Shown here: positions 45,880 to 54,101 of the stretch, in pieces
Numbering within the stretch: position 1 is the first letter of the stretch
Layout: every line of letters begins with the position of its first letter
NCBI GenBank assembly: GCA_946536315.1
Contig: CAMNEH010000001.1
Location: 592 to 64,591, forward strand
Reading direction: 5' to 3'
Length of the DNA stretch: 64,000 bases
From: an uncultured Clostridia bacterium
Lineage (GTDB): Bacteria > Bacillota > Clostridia > Christensenellales > Aristaeellaceae
Program-made: the position numbers and the translations under genes
Notes under the pieces: model-generated
Seen by the model: the letters and a program-made list of their open reading frames with translations, nothing else
Told to the model about the DNA's origin: nothing
The model's database searches: none

Positions 45880-47024
45880 GGGAAAAGGTCTGGCAGCCGG
45901 ACCGGATTGCCGACCAGCTTCAGATGCGGGCGATCCGCCTGCGCCGTCCGCTGAGCTGTACGCTGGAGCTGACCTGCCACTGCAACTTTCACTGCGTGAT
46001 GTGCTACATCCGCATGAATGAAGCGCAGGCGGCGGCCCATGGCCGGATGAGGACGCCGGAGGAGTGGCTGGACATGGCCCGGCAGCTCAGGGAAGCGGGC
46101 GTACTGTACCTGCACCTGACCGGCGGGGAGTGCACCCTGTACCCGGGGTTTGAGCGCCTGTACGCGAGGCTTTCGGAGATGGGCTTCAGACTGAGCGTGA
46201 TGAGCAACGCGGGAGCCTATACGGACAGCGTGCGCCGGGTGTTCACCCAGTATCCGCCGCTCAGCGTGGCGGTCACGCTGTATGGCGGCTGCGCGGCGAC
46301 CTACGGCCGGGTGACCGGCGACGCCGGAGGCTTTGACAGGGTCGTGGACAATATCCGCTTCCTGCAGTCCGCCGGGATCCCGGTGACCGTCAACTTTACC
46401 ATGATCCGGCAGAACGCGCAGGATTATCCAAAGGTGGCTGAACTGTGCCGTACGCTGGGCATCGCGTTCACGCTGAACACGGACATCACGCCCCATCGGT
46501 ATGACGCCTCGTATTCCGATGCGATGCGCTGCTCTCTGACCCCGGCGGAACGGGCGTGTGTCGCATGCCACTCCCCTTCTGAGGTGGACATTGCCCTGAA
46601 CGCGGCCAAGACGCTCGAACAGGAGCTGTCGCATTTCACGCCTCCGCAAGGGCCCGCGGGCGTCCTGCCCGAGCAGGAGGCCTGCATCGCCGGCTCCGCA
46701 GGCTGCGCGATCGCCTGGAATGGCGACATGCAGACCTGCGTCTCCCTGAACGCATGGCAGAGCGTGAAGCCGTTTGAAATCGGCTTTGAGGCCGCCTGGG
46801 CGCAGCTCAAAGCCGCGCAGGACAGGACGTTTGCGCGCCCGAGCGTATGCGCTCAGTGCGAAATGCGGACAGACTGCGATCACAACTGCCCCGGCAGGCG
46901 GTTCGAAGGCACGGGGAATATCCACACCCCCGACCCGCGGGTATGTCAGTACACGTACCTGCTGAGGCTGTACCGCGCCAGGCGCGGCACGGTGTCCACG
47001 CCAGGCACGCCCGGCTGCGTCTGA
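45876..47024 (+). CDS. radical SAM enzyme with C-terminal SPASM domain (peptide maturase)
   Basis: CNFHCVMC (Cx3Cx2C) lies near the N-terminus and is followed by a GGE motif (LTGGECTL). The C-terminal SPASM pattern is CIAGSAGCAIAWNGDMQTC ... CAQCEMRTDCDHNC ... VC. Confidence 0.9.
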   Translation: MREKVWQPDRIADQLQMRAIRLRRPLSCTLELTCHCNFHCVMCYIRMNEAQAAAHGRMRTPEEWLDMARQLREAGVLYLHLTGGECTLYPGFERLYARLSEMGFRLSVMSNAGAYTDSVRRVFTQYPPLSVAVTLYGGCAATYGRVTGDAGGFDRVVDNIRFLQSAGIPVTVNFTMIRQNAQDYPKVAELCRTLGIAFTLNTDITPHRYDASYSDAMRCSLTPAERACVACHSPSEVDIALNAAKTLEQELSHFTPPQGPAGVLPEQEACIAGSAGCAIAWNGDMQTCVSLNAWQSVKPFEIGFEAAWAQLKAAQDRTFARPSVCAQCEMRTDCDHNCPGRRFEGTGNIHTPDPRVCQYTYLLRLYRARRGTVSTPGTPGCV

Positions 47025-47079
47025 GCGTCCCGCCGCTGCCCTGATCCGGATGAAGACCGTACCACAGGAGGAATCATCC

Positions 47080-47262
47080 ATGAGAAAAAAGTATGTCGCG
47101 CCGAAACTGTTTGTCGATGTATACGCTGCGGACACCATGATCGCTTCGGACGACCCCACCCCGGTGTTTGAAGCCAAGGAAGGCAATCCGAACAATCAGA
47201 ACTGCTATGGCTATAAGGACATTCCCGGGGCGTTCGTAGACGGCAACATCTGCATCATGTGA
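47080..47262 (+). CDS. candidate RiPP precursor peptide A (60 aa, no GG site)
   Basis: AGGAGG (47066-47071) lies 8 nt before the ATG. Sequence: MRKKYVAPKLFVDVYAADTMIASDDPTPVFEAKEGNPNNQNCYGYKDIPGAFVDGNICIM. It has two Cys (C42, C58) and sits directly after the rSAM gene. Confidence 0.55.
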   Translation: MRKKYVAPKLFVDVYAADTMIASDDPTPVFEAKEGNPNNQNCYGYKDIPGAFVDGNICIM

Positions 47263-47266
47263 CGGG

Positions 47267-48103
47267 ATGACCTGTACGTTTGGCCGCTATGCGCTCGACA
47301 TCGGAGGTTTTCCGGAAGCGCTTCACTCCATCTCCGCGTCATGGAAGGACTACGTGGGTCAGACGGGAGTATCGCCGCCTGACGCTCGGCTCACGCTGCT
47401 GACCGCGCCGACAGCCCCGGATGAACGGACGGACGGATGGTATGCGTCAGCGGGAGAAGCGGAAGAGCTGGAAGTGACCTGCGTACGGGCCGGCCAGCGC
47501 CTGTTCACGCTGCGTTATGGCGGCGAGAGGGGCAAAGTGACGCTGATCGCCGACGAAGCGCGGCCAGGGAGCGTTCGCCTGGGCCTGCGGTACGGCATGC
47601 TGCTGGCCCTGCGAAAGACCTGTCTGGGCCTGCACGGTGTCACCCTGCTGTGCGGGAATGAGGTGGTGATCCTCTCCGCGCCCAGTGGGACCGGCAAAAC
47701 GACGCTGGCTTCGCTCCTGGAGCGGTATGAGGACGCCATTGTGATCAACGGCGATTTCGCGCTGCTTACGCCGGCGGAGGATGGTCTCTGGTTTGAACCC
47801 ACGCCCTTCTGCGGTACGTCACACAGGTGTCTGAACGTTCGTACGCGGGTGCACCGGATCGTTTTCCTGGGCCAGTCGCCTGTGAACGTCTGGCGGACCC
47901 TGGACGCGCGGGAAGCCGCCCTCTGTCTGCTGAGCAACGCATTCGTCCCCGAGTGGGACTTGTCCGCACAGCAGACGCTGCAGGAGCACGCGCTGCGCTG
48001 CATATCCCTTGCGCGCATGGACCGGTTTGACTTCGCGCCGACCCGTGAGGCGGCCGGGATCGTGATTCATCAGCAACTGCATGAAGAGCAATCTTCTCAG
48101 TAA
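47267..48103 (+). CDS. HprK C-terminal-domain-like P-loop protein (putative peptide kinase)
   Basis: 278 aa. LHGVTLLCGNEVVILSAPSGTGKTTLASLL resembles the HPr kinase/phosphorylase catalytic P-loop region. Confidence 0.65.
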   Translation: MTCTFGRYALDIGGFPEALHSISASWKDYVGQTGVSPPDARLTLLTAPTAPDERTDGWYASAGEAEELEVTCVRAGQRLFTLRYGGERGKVTLIADEARPGSVRLGLRYGMLLALRKTCLGLHGVTLLCGNEVVILSAPSGTGKTTLASLLERYEDAIVINGDFALLTPAEDGLWFEPTPFCGTSHRCLNVRTRVHRIVFLGQSPVNVWRTLDAREAALCLLSNAFVPEWDLSAQQTLQEHALRCISLARMDRFDFAPTREAAGIVIHQQLHEEQSSQ

Positions 48104-48123
48104 TAAAACATGGAGGTGTCAAC

Positions 48124-48360
48124 ATGGAGTTCAAACAACCGACCAGCCAGGCTGAAATGGATGCCCTGCGCAAGAGCCTGCGCCAGAAGCTCGACGATGC
48201 TGACCTCGAAAACGTGGTCGGCGGCAATGACGACGTCAAGGGCAAGGGGAATCCCACCCCCTGGACCTGCCTGTGGTGCGGCCAGACGTTCATGCTGAAA
48301 AAGCTGCAGGACGCCGCCAAGCACTGCGCGCATGACTGCCCGAAGAATCCGTACAAGTAA
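48124..48360 (+). CDS. double-glycine-leader precursor peptide B (78 aa; 44-aa Cys4 core)
   Basis: GGAGG lies 7 nt upstream. The leader ends LDDADLENVVGG, with hydrophobics at -4, -7 and -12. Core: NDDVKGKGNPTPWTCLWCGQTFMLKKLQDAAKHCAHDCPKNPYK. Confidence 0.75.
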   Translation: MEFKQPTSQAEMDALRKSLRQKLDDADLENVVGGNDDVKGKGNPTPWTCLWCGQTFMLKKLQDAAKHCAHDCPKNPYK

Positions 48361-48375
48361 TCGACCGGAGGTCTT

Positions 48376-48399
48376 GCCTGGCAGTTTGTTCTGCCAGGC
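48376..48399 (+). terminator. hairpin (attenuator-like) after precursor B
   Basis: GCCTGGCAG-TTTGTT-CTGCCAGGC is a perfect 9-bp stem followed by a weak T-tract (tgcctttc). Confidence 0.45.
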
Positions 48400-48429
48400 T
48401 GCCTTTCATGTGAAGTTGCTCTCAGACCG

Positions 48430-50139
48430 ATGTCAATGATAAACTATCTGGCGAAAATCAAGTCCATCCTCAAAGGCCGCACGCTGCCGGATATCGTCCG
48501 CTGGACCAGGCCGGTCCATGCGATGCTGCTGTGGCTGAGCGTTCTCAACGTGGTGAGCTCGCTGCTCTCGCTGGGCGTGACGCTGGTGACACGGGAGCTG
48601 ATCGACGGCGCAGTCAGCGCGAACGCGAATGCGCTCACACGCTACGGTGTGATGCTGGCAGCGCTGATCATCGTCATGCGCGTGCTCGATGTATTGTATT
48701 CCGGCCTGCGCAGCCGCGCCTCTGTCCGGCTGCAGCGGGAAATGCAGCGCATGATCACACAGGCGGTGCTTTCCAGGGAATATGCTTCGCTGAAATCCTA
48801 CCACAGCGGCGACCTGATCAACCGAATCTTTTCGGATGCGGAGGTGGTCAAGAACGGCGTCATCAACACGCTGGCGGGCATCATCAATACCCTGGTCAGC
48901 TTTATCGGCGCCGCGATCATCCTGATTTCCATGGACTGGCGCTTTGTGCCCGTGCTGATCCTGGGCGGACTGATCGGCGTCGTGATCACGCTGCTGTTCC
49001 GAAATCCCATGAAGCGCCGTCACACGCGCATGCAGGAGGCGGAGAGCGCGCTGCGCGCAGGCACGCAGGAAACGCTGGAAAGCCTGCGCGTCGTCAAGGC
49101 CAGCCTCTCAGAAGCGCGCGTAATGCGTCAGCTGGAGGACAGCCGTGAGCGCCTGAGCCTGGAACAGCTGCGCAACGCCCGCCTGAGCATCGCCATGAAC
49201 AACGGAATGGGTGTCCTGTTTGACGTGTCCTGGCTGGTGTGCAATCTATGGGGCTGCGTCAAGATTTACCGCGGTGAGTTCACCTACGGCGGCCTGGCCG
49301 CCATGATCCAGCTGATCGGCCGGATTCAGGCGCCGATCGCGTCAGCAGTCCAGATGGCCAGCCAGATCTACGGTGTGCTGGCGTCGGCAGAGCGTCTGCA
49401 GGAGGTCATTGGCCTGCCTGAGGAGCCGAACACGGGCAAAATCAGTTCGTTTGACCGGATCGCGCTCGAGAATGTTTCGTTCCAGTATGAGGATGGTACG
49501 GATGAGGTTCTGCTCAACGTCACCGCAAGCATCCGGCGCGGAGATTTTATCGCCCTGACCGGGCGGTCCGGCGGTGGAAAAACCAGCCTGTTCCACCTGC
49601 TGCTGGGCCTTTACCGCCCGACGCACGGCGCGGTGGTCTTTGAATCCGGCGCCGAGCGGATACTCGCCGGTCGGGGCACCCGGGCACTGTTCGCCTATGT
49701 GCCGCAGGGCAACACGCTGTTTTCCGGTACGCTTCGCGAAAACCTGACGCGTTTTACCGACAGCGCGTCGGATACGGAGGTCATTGCCGCGGCGAAGGCT
49801 GCCTGCATCGACGACCTCGTTGCGGAAATAGGGCTGGACGCCGTTCTGGGAGAACATGGTGTCGGTCTGTCAGAGGGCCAGGCGCAGCGGGTGGCGGTGG
49901 CGCGCGCCTTGCTCAGCCGGGCGCCGATCCTGCTGCTGGACGAAGCGACCTCCGCGCTGGATGAGGCGACGGAAGCGAACATGCTGACCAATATCGGCCG
50001 CATGCGCGATAAAACGGTCCTGATTGTGACGCATCGCCGCGCGGCACTTGACATTTGCGACGTTCGGTGGCATATTGAGGAGGGACGGATGTCCGTCACG
50101 CGCCTTGCGCGGCATTCTGACGATGGGGGAAGCATGTGA
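48430..50139 (+). CDS. ABC exporter, fused permease/ATPase (no peptidase domain)
   Basis: 569 aa. Six-TM domain, Walker A GRSGGGKTS, signature LSEGQAQRV, Walker B ILLLDEATS. Confidence 0.85.
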   Translation: MSMINYLAKIKSILKGRTLPDIVRWTRPVHAMLLWLSVLNVVSSLLSLGVTLVTRELIDGAVSANANALTRYGVMLAALIIVMRVLDVLYSGLRSRASVRLQREMQRMITQAVLSREYASLKSYHSGDLINRIFSDAEVVKNGVINTLAGIINTLVSFIGAAIILISMDWRFVPVLILGGLIGVVITLLFRNPMKRRHTRMQEAESALRAGTQETLESLRVVKASLSEARVMRQLEDSRERLSLEQLRNARLSIAMNNGMGVLFDVSWLVCNLWGCVKIYRGEFTYGGLAAMIQLIGRIQAPIASAVQMASQIYGVLASAERLQEVIGLPEEPNTGKISSFDRIALENVSFQYEDGTDEVLLNVTASIRRGDFIALTGRSGGGKTSLFHLLLGLYRPTHGAVVFESGAERILAGRGTRALFAYVPQGNTLFSGTLRENLTRFTDSASDTEVIAAAKAACIDDLVAEIGLDAVLGEHGVGLSEGQAQRVAVARALLSRAPILLLDEATSALDEATEANMLTNIGRMRDKTVLIVTHRRAALDICDVRWHIEEGRMSVTRLARHSDDGGSM

Positions 50140-50846
50140 GGACGTTTATCATCGGCGATATTCACGGCTGTGATAAGGCGCTGAACCGGCTGCTGATCCG
50201 GCTCAGACCGCATGAGGACCGTGATCAGCTGATTCTGCTGGGCGATTTGTTTGACCGCGGCCCGGACGCCTGGGAAGTGTTCCGGACCGTCAGACAGCTG
50301 GCGGACGCGTACGGCGAGCGCTTTGTCCTGATCCTGGGCAATCATGAGGATTTCCTGATGAGGGAGAAGCTCTCGCTGATGGAGCGCATGACGTGGAATC
50401 GCGTCGGCCGCCTGACGACGGTGCGCTCGTTCAAAGCGCACGGCGATGATCCGGCGTCTGCGATTCCCTGGCTGAAAGCGCACGCGCAGCTGACCTACCG
50501 CGACGAGCGCGTACAGTGCGCTCACGCGGCCGTCCGCGTCGAGCCTGTCGAGGCGAATGATCGTCAGACGCTGGTGCACGACCATCATACGCTCGTCGAA
50601 AACAGCTACGCGGGGCGGTTGACCGTCACCGGACATATGGCGCTGGAGGCGCCGACCTGGTTCGCCGGTGATCGCGAGACGGCGGAACAGATTCCGTACG
50701 GCGAATGGCGGCCCCTGCCGCAGCGGGGCGTGCTGTGCATAGATACCGGTTGCGGCAAGGGCGGGCGATTGACCGGGATGCAGCTGGAAGAGGACCCGGA
50801 CAGCGGCGCGCTGCGTTACCGGCTGGAGCGGGCGAAAGAAGAATAA
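50136..50846 (+). CDS. PPP-family metallophosphoesterase (Ser/Thr phosphatase / ApaH-like)
   Basis: The GTG overlaps the ABC stop (GTGA). Motifs: GDIHGC, GDLFDRGP, GNHE. Confidence 0.85.
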   Translation: MRTFIIGDIHGCDKALNRLLIRLRPHEDRDQLILLGDLFDRGPDAWEVFRTVRQLADAYGERFVLILGNHEDFLMREKLSLMERMTWNRVGRLTTVRSFKAHGDDPASAIPWLKAHAQLTYRDERVQCAHAAVRVEPVEANDRQTLVHDHHTLVENSYAGRLTVTGHMALEAPTWFAGDRETAEQIPYGEWRPLPQRGVLCIDTGCGKGGRLTGMQLEEDPDSGALRYRLERAKEE

Positions 50847-50864
50847 AAAAATCTTTCGGTTTTT
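50833..50864 (+). terminator. weak AT-rich terminator candidate
   Basis: CGAAAGA (50833-50839) pairs with TCTTTCG (50852-50858), followed by GTTTTT. It overlaps the stop codon. Confidence 0.35.
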
Positions 50865-51026
50865 CCTGCCATCCTGCCCCGGGGCGCGTATATAGTATTG
50901 GAATGAGTCCATCGGACATTCCACCGAGCGGAACAAAACGCCGCAGGACGGCTGTTCCGTGCCGATGGCGCTCTGCTCCGGAACAATGTTTGCAAAGTCC
51001 AACATCTTTTAAAGGAGGATTTGACC

Positions 51027-51251
51027 ATGGCACGCGTACAGCTCAACGACAATCAGCTGGAACAGGTTTCCGGCGGCGCTTTCAACTTCTACAAGAAGGA
51101 TGACCAGAACCAGTGCTACGTGGACGGTATGGGCACCTTCAACTGCAGCGCGGATGCGTCCAACTGGGTGCTCCAGCGCATGGCGACCACCGGCGCGCCG
51201 GTGTCCACCGTGATCGCGGAAGCGGTGGAAAAGGGACTGTTCTGGAAGTAA
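51027..51251 (+). CDS. double-glycine-leader bacteriocin precursor C (74 aa; 57-aa core)
   Basis: AGGAGG (51013-51018) lies 8 nt before the ATG. Leader: MARVQLNDNQLEQVSGG. Core: AFNFYKKDDQNQCYVDGMGTFNCSADASNWVLQRMATTGAPVSTVIAEAVEKGLFWK (C13-x9-C23). Confidence 0.8.
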   Translation: MARVQLNDNQLEQVSGGAFNFYKKDDQNQCYVDGMGTFNCSADASNWVLQRMATTGAPVSTVIAEAVEKGLFWK

Positions 51252-51330
51252 TCCGACGCTGATGCCCGCCTGACGCGGACACACCGTTCAGGCCGCATCG
51301 TATTCATGCCACAGTTAAAGACGCGTCTCA

Positions 51331-51382
51331 CCTCTCAGCCTTTCGGGGTTTCCCGCGAAGGCTGGGAGGTTGTACTGTTTTC
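51331..51382 (+). terminator. long imperfect hairpin plus T-rich tail after precursor C
   Basis: CCTCTCAGCCTTTCGGGG...CCCGCGAAGGCTGGGAGG pairs over about 17 bp with bulges, followed by TTGTACTGTTTTC. Confidence 0.6.
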
Positions 51383-51405
51383 GGCCAATCAAAAAGGAGC
51401 TTTCT

Positions 51406-51894
51406 ATGCAGGATCAGCAGAAACCCAAACTGTTTCGAGAAAAAAGCCTCGAGGCGATTGAGTCGCCTGAGGCGCTGAATGATTACCTTCGCGTCACTTC
51501 CCCCGGGGTCTGGCTGGTGATGGCCGCTGTGATCACGCTGCTGGTCGGGCTGCTTCTGTGGAGCATCCTGGGACGCATCGACACCACGATGCGCGTGGCG
51601 GTCGAGGCAGACAATGAGCGCACGGTTTGCTATGTGCCATACGACGCGCTGCAAAAGATGAAGGATGAAGGCAAGCTGACCATTGACGGGAAGGAGTATT
51701 CCCTGCAGCTCGGCGGTGAAGCCAGCGTGGTCATCGTCTCGGAGGAAACAAATCCCTATCTTCGCGTGGCGGGCGGCCTGCAGCTGGGGGATGTGACCGT
51801 GCAGGTGCCGGTCGCGGCGTCCCTGGCCGAGGGCGTATACTCAGGTACGATCGTGACGGACCGCCTTCAGCCGATCACGCTGCTGATACAGTGA
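51406..51894 (+). CDS. short HlyD-like secretion adaptor (NHLM-system type N-terminus)
   Basis: RBS AAGGAG is present. LFREKSLEAIESPEALNDYLRVTSPGVWLVMAAVITLLVGLLLW matches the N-terminus plus TM of bacteriocin-system HlyD adaptors, but the protein is only 162 aa. Confidence 0.6.
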   Translation: MQDQQKPKLFREKSLEAIESPEALNDYLRVTSPGVWLVMAAVITLLVGLLLWSILGRIDTTMRVAVEADNERTVCYVPYDALQKMKDEGKLTIDGKEYSLQLGGEASVVIVSEETNPYLRVAGGLQLGDVTVQVPVAASLAEGVYSGTIVTDRLQPITLLIQ

Positions 51895-54086
51895 GGGAGG
51901 GGAAACGCGTGGCTCGAAAACCAAATATTCCCCGTCCGGTTGAAAAAGGGTTTGTCCGGGTGCCGGTGGTCATGCAGCTGGAGACGCTGGAGTGCGGCGC
52001 CGCTTCGCTGACAATGGTCATGCATTACTACCGCAAGTGGATCCCCCTGGAACAGGCGCGCGTGGACTGCGGCGTGTCCATGAACGGCGCGAACGCGAAA
52101 AACATCCTCGCCGCCGCGCGAAGCTACGGCATGAAGGCAGACGCCTGGGGCCTGGAGGCGGAAGACCTGCCGGACCAGGGGCCGTTTCCGTGCATCATCC
52201 ACTGGGGATTCAATCATTTTGTGGTCCTCTGCGGCTTTCAGGGCAAGAAGGCGGTCATCAACGATCCGGCGCGGGGGAACGTGGTGGTCGACTGGGAAGA
52301 GTTTGACAGGGAGTTCACCGGCGTCTGCATCACGCTTGAGCCGGGGCCGGATTTCGTGCCCTCCGGAAAACCGAAGACCGTCATGGATTACGCGCGCGAG
52401 CGCCTGAAAGGGTCCGGCGCGGCGGTGACGTTCGTCGTTCTGACGACGACCATTTCGTCACTGATCGGCATCATTCAGCCGGCCTTTGCGCGGACCTTCC
52501 TGGACCGGCTGCTCACCGGACGGAATCCGGAGTGGCTCCGCCCGTTCATGCTGCTCTTTTCACTGCTGATTCTGGTCAGCATTGTCACGTCCTGGATTTC
52601 CGCGGTCTATTCCCTGCGTATTCAGGGCAAAATGGCATCCTATGGCAGCGCGTCGTACCTGTGGAAGGTGCTCAGGCTGCCGATGCAATTTTTCAGCCAG
52701 CGCATGTCGGCGGACATTGCGGACCGGCAGGCGACCAACGCGTCCATCGCCGGCACGATGGTCGAAACCTTCGCGCCGCTGGCGCTTCAGGCGCTGATGA
52801 TGGTGTTTTACCTGGTCGTCATGGTCAGCTACAGCCCGCTTCTGTCGGCGGTCGGCATCGGCGCGATCGCGCTGAACCTGCTGGTCTCTGCCATGGTGAC
52901 CAGGCGCCGCGTCAATATCACGCGCGTCCAGCAGCGTGACGCCGCCAAGCTCTCGTCAACCACCATGTCCGGCATCAGCATGATCGAGACCATCAAGTCC
53001 AGCGGCGCGGAAAACGGCTTTTTTGAGCGCTGGGCGGGATATCAGGCGAGCGTCAACACGCAGTCGGTCCGGTTCACCCGGCTGAATCTGTTTTTAGGTT
53101 CCCTGCCGCAGGCCATCACGACCATCGCCAATCTGGCCGTGCTCGGTCTGGGTGTGCTGCTCGTCCTGCGCGGCGAGTTCACTGTCGGTATGGTGATGGC
53201 CTTCCAGACCTTCCTTTCTTCGTTCATGTCCCCGGCGACGTCGCTGATCACCGCGGGCCAGTCGATGCAGGAAATGATCACGCAGATGGAGCGTGTGGAC
53301 GACGTGATGAGCTATCAGGAGGATCCCACGTTCGCCCCGCGCCCCAAGACCGGCGAATACCAGAAGCTGTCCGGCGCGGTCGAGCTGAAGAACGTGACGT
53401 TCGGCTATTCCCGGCTGGATAAGCCGCTCATCACTGACTTTTCCATGACGCTCAAGCCGGGACAGAAGGTTGCCTTTGTCGGCAGGACGGGCTGCGGCAA
53501 GTCCACCCTGGCCAAGCTGATCTCCGGATTGTACCAGCCCTGGAGCGGTACCGTCACATTTGACGGCGTCCCCCTGCAGGAAATAGACCGGAACGTGTTT
53601 ACAGGCTCCGTTTCCGTCATCGATCAGGACATTACGCTGTTCGAGGACACGATTTCCGAAAACATCCGGATGTGGGACGGTTCCATTGAAGACTTCGAAG
53701 TAACGCTGGCGGCGCGCGACGCGGGCATCTATGACGATATCGTGACCCGCGACGGCGGGTTTACGCACCGGCTGCTGGACGGCGGACGCGACCTGTCCGG
53801 CGGGCAGCGGCAGCGCCTGGAAATCGCGCGCGCCCTTGCGCAGGATCCGACCATCTGCATCATGGACGAGGCGACCTCGGCGCTCGACGCCAGGACGGAG
53901 CATGAGGTCATCCGCTCCATCAACGACCGCGGCATTACCTGTGTGATCATCGCGCACCGCCTGTCCACGATCCGCGACTGCGACGAGATCATCGTGCTGG
54001 ACAAGGGCAAAATCGTCGAACGCGGGACGCATGAGGAACTGTACGCCAAGGGCGGGCTGTATGCCAGCCTGGTGAGCAACGAGTAA
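51891..54086 (+). CDS. bacteriocin ABC exporter with N-terminal C39 peptidase domain
   Basis: The GTG overlaps the upstream stop. QLETLECGAASLTMVMHYY carries the C39 catalytic Cys region. Also has a six-TM domain, Walker A GRTGCGKST, signature LSGGQRQRL and ICIMDEATS. Confidence 0.9.
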   Translation: MREGKRVARKPNIPRPVEKGFVRVPVVMQLETLECGAASLTMVMHYYRKWIPLEQARVDCGVSMNGANAKNILAAARSYGMKADAWGLEAEDLPDQGPFPCIIHWGFNHFVVLCGFQGKKAVINDPARGNVVVDWEEFDREFTGVCITLEPGPDFVPSGKPKTVMDYARERLKGSGAAVTFVVLTTTISSLIGIIQPAFARTFLDRLLTGRNPEWLRPFMLLFSLLILVSIVTSWISAVYSLRIQGKMASYGSASYLWKVLRLPMQFFSQRMSADIADRQATNASIAGTMVETFAPLALQALMMVFYLVVMVSYSPLLSAVGIGAIALNLLVSAMVTRRRVNITRVQQRDAAKLSSTTMSGISMIETIKSSGAENGFFERWAGYQASVNTQSVRFTRLNLFLGSLPQAITTIANLAVLGLGVLLVLRGEFTVGMVMAFQTFLSSFMSPATSLITAGQSMQEMITQMERVDDVMSYQEDPTFAPRPKTGEYQKLSGAVELKNVTFGYSRLDKPLITDFSMTLKPGQKVAFVGRTGCGKSTLAKLISGLYQPWSGTVTFDGVPLQEIDRNVFTGSVSVIDQDITLFEDTISENIRMWDGSIEDFEVTLAARDAGIYDDIVTRDGGFTHRLLDGGRDLSGGQRQRLEIARALAQDPTICIMDEATSALDARTEHEVIRSINDRGITCVIIAHRLSTIRDCDEIIVLDKGKIVERGTHEELYAKGGLYASLVSNE

Positions 54087-54101
54087 AGGGGGGAGAAGTT
54101 C

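Noticed and set aside
45123-50846. Lasso peptide, lanthipeptide or thiopeptide cluster.
   Set aside because: PqqD-like and HprK-like genes occur in some lasso clusters. However, there is no asparagine-synthetase-like cyclase or B2 transglutaminase protease, and no LanB/C/M or YcaO gene.
50847-51026. Promoter or small immunity ORF between the phosphatase gene and precursor C.
   Set aside because: I found no convincing -35/-10 pair; the TATAGT at 50891 lacks a -35. The only ORFs here are antisense or overlapping Arg-rich shadows. Repeated CGGAACA motifs and a small hairpin (50929-50959) were noted but are too weak to call.
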